Source: a virus
Length of the DNA stretch: 64,000 nucleotides
Reading direction: 5' to 3' (one strand)
Virus record (IMG/VR): IMGVR_UViG_3300025030_000074
Coordinates: 19,084 to 83,083 of that record
The notes under the pieces are model-generated. The model was given only the letters and a program-made list of their open reading frames with translations. It was not told the DNA's origin and did no database searches. Below, in pieces: positions 57,191 through 64,000 of the stretch (positions are counted from its first letter, which is position 1; the number at the start of each line of letters is the position of its first letter). The position numbers and the translations under genes are program-made.

Positions 57191-57638
57191 TTTAGTTTAG
57201 TTTTAGTTAGTTTTTATAAAGACTTCTCTGGGGTGCACACAATACGAGATATATAAATGCACACCCTTAAAGCGAGAAGCCGTTGAGCGAGAAAGTTAGA
57301 GAAGCTGATTACAAAATTACCCCTTCGAAACTAAAAATAGTTTTTTCTATAACTTGTTTTAGAGTCTAAGCTATATCAAGATAATTTTTTATGATATTGC
57401 AAATTTTGTCTGTTTTACTTAAATACCCCAAGTCCGGGTTGTATGTGCATTTATTACCGGGTTGTTATCTCGACTACTAGTTTTAAGTGAATTATTTTCC
57501 TTAAAACGTTCGAACATTGCCCGGATTGACAGATCTTTAAAAGAAAATCAACTTTAATATTTCTGAGATTATTAGGGTATTACTCTCTCCCAAGAGGTCA
57601 GAACTTAAAAACACACCCCTGTAACTTAATAAAATTTT
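57191..57638 (-). ncRNA. Long structured non-coding leader/ncRNA (cassette B)
   Basis: No ORF; stems CCGGG/CCCGG, GTTTTAAG/CTTAAAAC, ATAAATGCACA/TGTGCATTTAT, GGGTGTGCA/TGTGCACCC, CTTCTC/GAGAAG; shares motifs with cassette A. Confidence 0.5.
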
Positions 57639-57700
57639 GCAAGTATACGAATAATAAATGAGATTTCCAAATATTTACGATAATATTTTATATTATAGTT
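57639..57700 (-). promoter_or_regulatory. Bacteroidota sigma70-type promoter with conserved upstream box
   Basis: TTTG-N20-TATACTTG; homologous to 5587-5648. Confidence 0.75.
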
Positions 57701-57704
57701 TTAT

Positions 57705-60700
57705 CTATATGAAAGACTTGCGATAAAAGGTGTTTAAGTAATGAAACAACATCTTCCTATCAACATTATTTGTAAAGCTTAAATCTACTTCCATATAGAC
57801 ATCTCTTAACCGTTCTCTCTCTTTTCCCCTTGGAACGGACATAGACCAAATTCTTTCTCTTCTTCTAATATTGGAATTTGGAACCAAAGTAGTTGTTCCA
57901 CCATCTTGGTATCCTGTTCTAGCTTTTAGTTGATTATGAGTTACATTAGATAATTCATTTCCACTAGCATCAAAGGTCTCCGTCAGCCAGCTAAGGTTGT
58001 CGAAAACCTTAACTGAATTAAAGTGAGGATTTACCACACATTGTACGGTAGAAGGAAAATAAGTTCCGTAGTAGTTTCCTTTATTTCCGAAATTATGTAT
58101 GTAAACCTGCCTTTCATTAGCCGGATTAGGAGACAGTATTACTCTCTTATTATTTAGATATAGAGAAGGCTTGTAATCATAAAAAGAAGTAAAAGCACCT
58201 ATTTGTTCATTTAATGCAACAGTTTCAGATATTCTATGATTTGAATTAATCTGTATAGAAATTCCTTCTGCAAAGGAACCAAGTCCTGCTGCCACCTTTA
58301 TTCGGTCTTCTTCTACCACTTGTACAGAAATATTATTAGTAACTCCGTTAGGATTAACTATTACTATGATGTTTCCAGGAGAAAGAGTATCCGTAAATGA
58401 TTTTGGCAAATCTATAATCCAAGTATAGGAAGAACCTGCATGTAGTATCTTACCGAATACTGCCGGTATCTTATCTTTGAAAGTAAAGATAGCCTCATTA
58501 AAACGATAATCAAATGTTGCTGTTACTCCAGAGTCTACTATAGGATTATCTGTTGTATTTAGATTTCCTATAAAAGTATTGTATAGATATGATTGAAGAC
58601 CTTTGACATCTGAATAAGGGTTAACACTTTGTCCATTATATATATATATTTTCCTTCTCTTAGCATCATAGAAGAATATACCAGAGTCAGATTGTGTCAT
58701 CCCCCATTGATGAAAACAGCCAACTTCATTAGAGATATAATCCCAATCCTCTAACTTAGCACCACTAGCTAATTGGAGGTCTCCGGATTGATCTTGAGTT
58801 ACAGATCTTGGAAATACGCTTAAAGTACCAAAAGCATTATCCTGAAAGAATATTATGGTGTCTTTAAAAGCAACAAGGTTATTTATAGGACCATATTTTC
58901 CATCTACGGTTATCTGATCTGTCAAAGCAAAGTTTGTCCAAGAGTCGTCTACTTCTCCGTTTGTCTTTGCCTGAGACGCTCTTATCAAGTTATCAAACTC
59001 TTTAGTAGGAACAAAATCAACTGGTTGAATACTAAATTTCCTTAAGTTATTTTCATAGTCAAAGTGAGGATGAGCTACAATATCTTCTACATTGGCAAGT
59101 GGATTAGCATTATTAAACAATACTGAACTGTTAAATGTGTCTGCAAACTGAGCAAGACCAGCCCTGTTTCCTGTAACACCTTCTCTCATGTCTATGTCTA
59201 TGGTAGTCTCTAAAGGGACAAAATCTATCTCAGAGTCACTCACTAAATTTCTACCAGTAAAACCAGGTCTAGCTCTTACTACCCTTTGAAAATCCCAAAT
59301 AGGAACAAAGGTATCTCCTCCATATAAATCAAAAGTAAAAGATGTTGGAGAGTTGTTGTTTATAGGCTGAAAGTGACCACAAGAGATATAATCTGTATTA
59401 CTTCTTTGAGATATAGTGTTTCCTCCATATTGACTAGAAGATATGTTACGTACCCAATTAACTAATGTACTTTTATTAAATTGTGGATCGCTATTAACAA
59501 AAGTTGCAGCGGTGTCTTGTAAACCCAATAATAAAGATTTTTGTGCATAGGTTTCGCTATCACTTCCGTAGTTATGAAAAACTGTTGATCCTATATTTAG
59601 ATAATCATTTATTATGGAAGCATCATCATTTAGACCTAGCTTTACAACACTATTTATTAAGGAACTACTGATAGAAGATTGTCTTCTAGCATCATATAAT
59701 TTTATCACTTGGGCACCTGGAGTATTAGTGTTTAAAGTGGCTATAGGTTCCTGAACTGTTAATCCAAGAGTGGATACGGGTTTTATTCTGTCTCCTGATA
59801 TAAGCGAAAGGTCATCGTTAAAAAAGTCTTCTGGAAAAAATCCTACAAAATTATTATTGAGTATAAGTTCAGAAATAAAATTACCGCCATCAATGTAACC
59901 GGCTACATATTCATTATTTCCCTCCGTAGTTGGAAAAATAACCCCTTGTGATACAATAGATCTATCTCCTTTTTTTCTTTCCGCTCTAACAATAGAAAAT
60001 CCTCCTATTTGACTTCTTATGGAAGTAGGAATGTTTACTGTAAACTGCAAGTACAAAGGATGGGTAGTAGTCCAGGGCTGGGGAAGTCCAGTAATAGGCG
60101 ATCCAAAGTAGTTTATTTGATAATTTAAAGTATGTCTTGTAGAATAGTGTCCTCCAACTGATCCTCTTGTATAATTAAAAGTACCATTGTTCATATTAAT
60201 TTCACTATTATATACATTACATACAGGAAATGCTCTTAAACCTGCAGAATCCCACATCTGAGGCATTCTTATATCTCCTATCCAATGAACAAATCCAGGA
60301 TTACCGTTCTTATCGAAAAATACTATTCCAAAGCGATATGTCTCATCTCTCATATAACCTTTAAACAATCCGTGATTGTAGGGACTCAAGTAGGTATCAA
60401 AGAACCAGTCTTGAAAATAGGTTTGATTAGCAACTCCAAGACTATGAAAATGGGAACGCTTATCCGGACTTTTGAATGGCACAGCAGGAGGAACCATAGA
60501 ACCTGAAAGTGCCAATGAATTAAAATTGTTTCCGTTTACATCATTCCCACTGCCCACATAATAGCTATCCTGAAAAAAGTTAGACTGTTTTATTTTATAT
60601 GATATATTAATTCCTGATCCTCCTACTGTTAGTCCATCGCTTTGATAAAGATACGCTGTGGAACTATTAAAATCCTGATTAGGATTGATGTCATCACCTT

Positions 60701-62090
60701 CATCTGGATTAGGTTCTATAGAATAGGAAGTTGAGTTTAAGTTATATCTTCTTGCTCTTGCATCATAATCAAGTATAAGAGAAGATTCTTTGATGTTTCC
60801 AACAACAAGGACATTATCCTTTGAAGTCATCGTCTTAAATCTATCTAACTTATTTCCTTTAAAGGCAAGAAGTTCTGAAACAGTTAAAGATGAACCTGTT
60901 AAATTTGCAACCTCAAAAGTATTTATTCCGTTATTGGATACTGGTTCTTCGGGCTTTAGAATAATATCCTCTGGAATGTCTGGACTACTTCCCCATCTTA
61001 TGACAGCTATTTCTATCTTTTTGTAATCTGTGTCAACCTCTCTTACAGTAAATTTAAACTTTTTTACAGTATTTAGTCCTTCCTCTATTCCATAGTAATT
61101 TCTTAAATCTGTAAGTCCATTATTTTCCTCTCTTCCAGATATAGGAATCATATTAGACAAAGAAGAAAATGTTGATTCTTGTCCTGAACTAGTTTTCAAT
61201 CTATAAGTAACTTGATATGTTCCAGATAAAAGAGTCCCTCCAGTACTAATTAAATCTAATATAGGAACGGAAAAATCCACAGAAGGAAACATATCAAGAT
61301 TTACTGGAGGAATAGCGAAACCTTTAGGATCTATAGTATTGAACTTCTTAGGTTTATGAAAGTTATTAGTCCAGTAGGCATTTTGTATATTAGTATTTTC
61401 GTATCTTGCTATAATGGCGCCAGGAGAAGCTACTGGATGTTCCTTAGAAAAGGATATTTGATTGTTGTAAAGTAAGGTAAGAGTTTTAGAAAAAGTAGAT
61501 CCTATAGTGGAAAAGTCATATCGTAATCTCCAGATTTGGCCTGGACCACCAGTAGAAGGGTTGTTATTAGAACAGGTAAGAATGATAAAGTCATCCCTCA
61601 TGGTATCCCAACCTATGATACGAAGATTAGTTTGTGAAGGAACCTCCGTAGTTACTGTAAGAGCTCCTATAGTGGTAAGAGTAAAAGAGGTTAGAGTAGT
61701 AGAGTATACAAGAACGCTTTCTTCATTTTCAACAGCAACGATTCCTAAGTTAGTGTAGTTTAAATTTATTAAATCAGCAAGTGCCTTGTAGAAAGCTATA
61801 TCACTATCGTTATAGTGATTAAATAGTTGGGAAGAAACAAAGTTTATAGTTACTACAGGATTTCCAACAAATACGTTGGGAACCTTAACTATCTTATAAA
61901 CAGGTGAAGTATCAGGAAAAGTAAAAGATAATTTATTTCCATTGACATTTTCCAAAATTCCGGAACTTGATCCAGCTTCACTAATGAGATGCCAATTACG
62001 TGCATCTATATACATTTCTTTGGCAAGAAATTCTTTAGCAAGATCTTTTTGCAAGCCTTTCGAAAAACTATTGATCTGTAATTCCGCCAT
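57705..62090 (-). CDS. Tail stabilization/muzzle protein (P22 gp10-like)
   Basis: 1461 aa; NSFSKGL.KD, GYMRDETYRFGIVF, GGDTF, DSW..F...VDGKYGPI, KVFDN, RLRD. Confidence 0.85.
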   Translation of the reverse strand: MAELQINSFSKGLQKDLAKEFLAKEMYIDARNWHLISEAGSSSGILENVNGNKLSFTFPDTSPVYKIVKVPNVFVGNPVVTINFVSSQLFNHYNDSDIAFYKALADLINLNYTNLGIVAVENEESVLVYSTTLTSFTLTTIGALTVTTEVPSQTNLRIIGWDTMRDDFIILTCSNNNPSTGGPGQIWRLRYDFSTIGSTFSKTLTLLYNNQISFSKEHPVASPGAIIARYENTNIQNAYWTNNFHKPKKFNTIDPKGFAIPPVNLDMFPSVDFSVPILDLISTGGTLLSGTYQVTYRLKTSSGQESTFSSLSNMIPISGREENNGLTDLRNYYGIEEGLNTVKKFKFTVREVDTDYKKIEIAVIRWGSSPDIPEDIILKPEEPVSNNGINTFEVANLTGSSLTVSELLAFKGNKLDRFKTMTSKDNVLVVGNIKESSLILDYDARARRYNLNSTSYSIEPNPDEGDDINPNQDFNSSTAYLYQSDGLTVGGSGINISYKIKQSNFFQDSYYVGSGNDVNGNNFNSLALSGSMVPPAVPFKSPDKRSHFHSLGVANQTYFQDWFFDTYLSPYNHGLFKGYMRDETYRFGIVFFDKNGNPGFVHWIGDIRMPQMWDSAGLRAFPVCNVYNSEINMNNGTFNYTRGSVGGHYSTRHTLNYQINYFGSPITGLPQPWTTTHPLYLQFTVNIPTSIRSQIGGFSIVRAERKKGDRSIVSQGVIFPTTEGNNEYVAGYIDGGNFISELILNNNFVGFFPEDFFNDDLSLISGDRIKPVSTLGLTVQEPIATLNTNTPGAQVIKLYDARRQSSISSSLINSVVKLGLNDDASIINDYLNIGSTVFHNYGSDSETYAQKSLLLGLQDTAATFVNSDPQFNKSTLVNWVRNISSSQYGGNTISQRSNTDYISCGHFQPINNNSPTSFTFDLYGGDTFVPIWDFQRVVRARPGFTGRNLVSDSEIDFVPLETTIDIDMREGVTGNRAGLAQFADTFNSSVLFNNANPLANVEDIVAHPHFDYENNLRKFSIQPVDFVPTKEFDNLIRASQAKTNGEVDDSWTNFALTDQITVDGKYGPINNLVAFKDTIIFFQDNAFGTLSVFPRSVTQDQSGDLQLASGAKLEDWDYISNEVGCFHQWGMTQSDSGIFFYDAKRRKIYIYNGQSVNPYSDVKGLQSYLYNTFIGNLNTTDNPIVDSGVTATFDYRFNEAIFTFKDKIPAVFGKILHAGSSYTWIIDLPKSFTDTLSPGNIIVIVNPNGVTNNISVQVVEEDRIKVAAGLGSFAEGISIQINSNHRISETVALNEQIGAFTSFYDYKPSLYLNNKRVILSPNPANERQVYIHNFGNKGNYYGTYFPSTVQCVVNPHFNSVKVFDNLSWLTETFDASGNELSNVTHNQLKARTGYQDGGTTTLVPNSNIRRRERIWSMSVPRGKERERLRDVYMEVDLSFTNNVDRKMLFHYLNTFYRKSFI

Positions 62091-62100
62091 ACCATGAATA

Positions 62101-62895
62101 CTATTTTAAAGGACGAGTTTCTCTAAACGCAAGGTCTTTGAAAAAAGAAGCATAAGAATTGACTTTCGGAGCCATTCGTAGCATCTGATTTTTTATATTC
62201 TCCATCTTATCCAGTCCGGGTATTTTAGCACTAGTTGACGCAGAACCCAAAAACCATAAATATTTCTGCTCGCTTATGTTATATATTTCCCTTGAGATAC
62301 TTCCCTTTCTAAATTCTATCCAATCCAGCTTGTGAGTCAAATACCACTTAACACATTCCTTATATGAAACATCATCCGGTATAAGAGGAAACCCGTCATC
62401 ATCTGTAGGAAAAGCAAGATAACTCATACATACTCTTCCCTTTTGATTTGAGAGAGTTATCCAATCATTGTTTAAAGTATATGTTATAGGATCACTGTTA
62501 TACCTTGTTCCCAAAGAGGTTTGAAAGACATTTCCAAAGTTATCTGTAAAGGAATCTCCTTTTACCTGTCCTAAATCATCTATCCCACAACAGTCACCAC
62601 TCATTAGATGATGGAAATTATGATTAGCAGGATAAGCAGGATAGCCGTCTACAGCTATCTGAAGTAATTGGTGAAAATTACAAGGTAAAGGGGCTTTCCA
62701 ATCTTTAATATCAAAAGGAGGATAATCTTTATATCCAGTAATCTTCTTTTCGTATTGGTCGGGATAATCTATGAGGTCTAATACATCCGCAATCCATTCG
62801 ATAAGATCAGATATTGGAAGTTCAAATGAATAACTATTATCTGAATATACCTTTTCTATTATTCTTTTAACACTTATGTATTTTCCGTCAAGCAT
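62101..62895 (-). CDS. Tail ring/tubular protein
   Basis: LIEW..D.L..I, LPCNF, SYLAFPTDDDGFPLIPD pattern; upstream of the stabilization gene. Confidence 0.75.
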   Translation of the reverse strand: MLDGKYISVKRIIEKVYSDNSYSFELPISDLIEWIADVLDLIDYPDQYEKKITGYKDYPPFDIKDWKAPLPCNFHQLLQIAVDGYPAYPANHNFHHLMSGDCCGIDDLGQVKGDSFTDNFGNVFQTSLGTRYNSDPITYTLNNDWITLSNQKGRVCMSYLAFPTDDDGFPLIPDDVSYKECVKWYLTHKLDWIEFRKGSISREIYNISEQKYLWFLGSASTSAKIPGLDKMENIKNQMLRMAPKVNSYASFFKDLAFRETRPLK

Positions 62896-63578
62896 ATTTT
62901 ATCACTTTTAACTAAATTATCTCTCCAATACAAAGGTTGTAAATTTGTATAATGAAAACATCTTTTTTGATTTTCCATTATGGACATATCAAAACTACTA
63001 CAAGGAATTATGTGATCTATATGCCAATATTTTCCATGATTTTTCCAATTCATTTTTTCATTGAACATACTTTGAAGATATATTTTTAGTTCCTCGATAG
63101 TACATCCTAGCAACTCTAATACCGAACTCTTTTTAGAGTTATTTTTTATAGCATGATAAAATACACTTCTCAAGGAACAGGTTATCTTATAGTTTATATT
63201 TGTTTCATATTTAATTTTGTAATATCTATTAATATCACCATTATCTTTATGTTTTTTATAGTTTTCTCTTCTTTTATCTTTACTTTTTATATTGTATTTT
63301 TTCCACAATTTCCTATAATGCTCTAAATTTTTCTTGACTCTTATTTTTCTGGCCTCCAGTATTTTATTCTTATTTTTTTTATAATACTTTTTTCTTCCTT
63401 CCTTTACTTTTTCTATATTAGCCTTTTTATATTGTCTATTGTAATAGTTTGTACAATCTTTGCACTTATTCCTATAATAATCCTCACCATAATCATAGCG
63501 TTTACAAAATTCTAAAAGTGGTTTCTCTATTTTGCATATATAGCAAATTCTTAATTCTATTGTACTCTTATTAAGCAT
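62874..63578 (-). CDS. Free-standing HNH homing endonuclease
   Basis: N-terminal CxxC..CxxC; LLGC, WHIDHIIPC, CFHYTNLQPL..NL.K. Confidence 0.88.
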   Translation of the reverse strand: MLNKSTIELRICYICKIEKPLLEFCKRYDYGEDYYRNKCKDCTNYYNRQYKKANIEKVKEGRKKYYKKNKNKILEARKIRVKKNLEHYRKLWKKYNIKSKDKRRENYKKHKDNGDINRYYKIKYETNINYKITCSLRSVFYHAIKNNSKKSSVLELLGCTIEELKIYLQSMFNEKMNWKNHGKYWHIDHIIPCSSFDMSIMENQKRCFHYTNLQPLYWRDNLVKSDKICLTENT

Positions 63579-63581
63579 CTA

Positions 63582-63830
63582 CTAAAGATTTTCAGTTCCA
63601 AGGGCGGCCTCAATAATTTTATACATATTGTCCGCACTTTCTGCAATAGGATTTATTTCCGTAAAATATTTTTTACTTTCATAAACATAGTTACCTTTCT
63701 TGTCTTTTTTGTTCTCGTTGCGTGTAACCACAAAACCATTTTCGATTGATTCAATAGTAAATCTTATTTCACTATCACCATTCTTCTGTACTATAGAAGG
63801 TATTTCTGTTTTTGCTTTACTTTTTGCCAT
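63582..63830 (-). CDS. Hypothetical protein
   Basis: 82 aa; IESIENGFVV motif. Confidence 0.65.
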   Translation of the reverse strand: MAKSKAKTEIPSIVQKNGDSEIRFTIESIENGFVVTRNENKKDKKGNYVYESKKYFTEINPIAESADNMYKIIEAALGTENL

Positions 63831-63835
63831 AAACG

Positions 63836-64000
63836 TTATTTTTTTAGTTCCATATAATCTACTCCAGTTCCTCTTACTATGAGTCTATAGAGCCTTCGTT
63901 TAAAACTTCTTATAGGGAAAAACTTATAGGCATTTCCCCATCTTTCTCTACTCCATAATATCTTATAGGTGTAATCAAATGTAGAATATGTCTTCCTTCC
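63836..64000 (-). CDS. 3' end of a crAss-like IHF-family/conserved gene (partial)
   Basis: Open frame ...YTYKILW..AYKFFPIRSFKRRL..DYMELKK* running off the window edge. Confidence 0.55.
   Translation of the reverse strand, partial: GRKTYSTFDYTYKILWSRERWGNAYKFFPIRSFKRRLYRLIVRGTGVDYMELKK

Noticed and set aside
40912-61758. Numerous plus-strand ORFs opposite the virion genes
   Set aside because: Antisense shadows of long coding sequences
1-64000. Alternative genetic code (TAG or TGA recoding, as in some Crassvirales)
   Set aside because: Long genes are open in code 11, and TAG/TGA terminate genes with tight overlaps; only two isolated interruptions were seen

Overview
About 64 kb of an AT-rich lytic dsDNA phage of the crAss-like (Crassvirales) type, read in standard code 11. 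The host is almost certainly a Bacteroidota, judging from TTTG-N20-TAnnTTTG promoters, SD-less A/C-rich leaders and a T9SS-style moron. Layout: (i) 1-5650, minus strand: small late/accessory genes (IHF-like protein, two orphan DNA methyltransferases, a secreted protein, a tRNA with a giant variable arm, a DUF559 nuclease behind a long structured leader). (ii) ~5850-38870, plus strand, early/middle arm: a mini tRNA-like element, cassettes of small ORFs with repeated leaders, several inverted-repeat-bracketed structured RNAs, a group I intron with LAGLIDADG HEG in a metallophosphoesterase, a phiEco32-like amidoligase/ATP-grasp/GATase set, PolA, SF2 and DnaB helicases, AAA ATPase, SSB, primase, RusA-like resolvase, exonuclease, and a second phosphoesterase broken by a 5-nt insert. 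(iii) 39036-64000, minus strand, virion module: a 4811-aa virion RNA polymerase polyprotein with zincin and NADAR domains, two cargo proteins, tail stabilization and ring proteins, and an HNH endonuclease. The most striking unexplained signals are two homologous promoter + long structured ncRNA cassettes (one linked to a DUF559 nuclease), two aberrant tRNA-like RNAs, a possible 5-nt micro-intron, and a NADAR domain inside the injected RNAP. All calls come from motif recognition and manual pairing; no searches were run.
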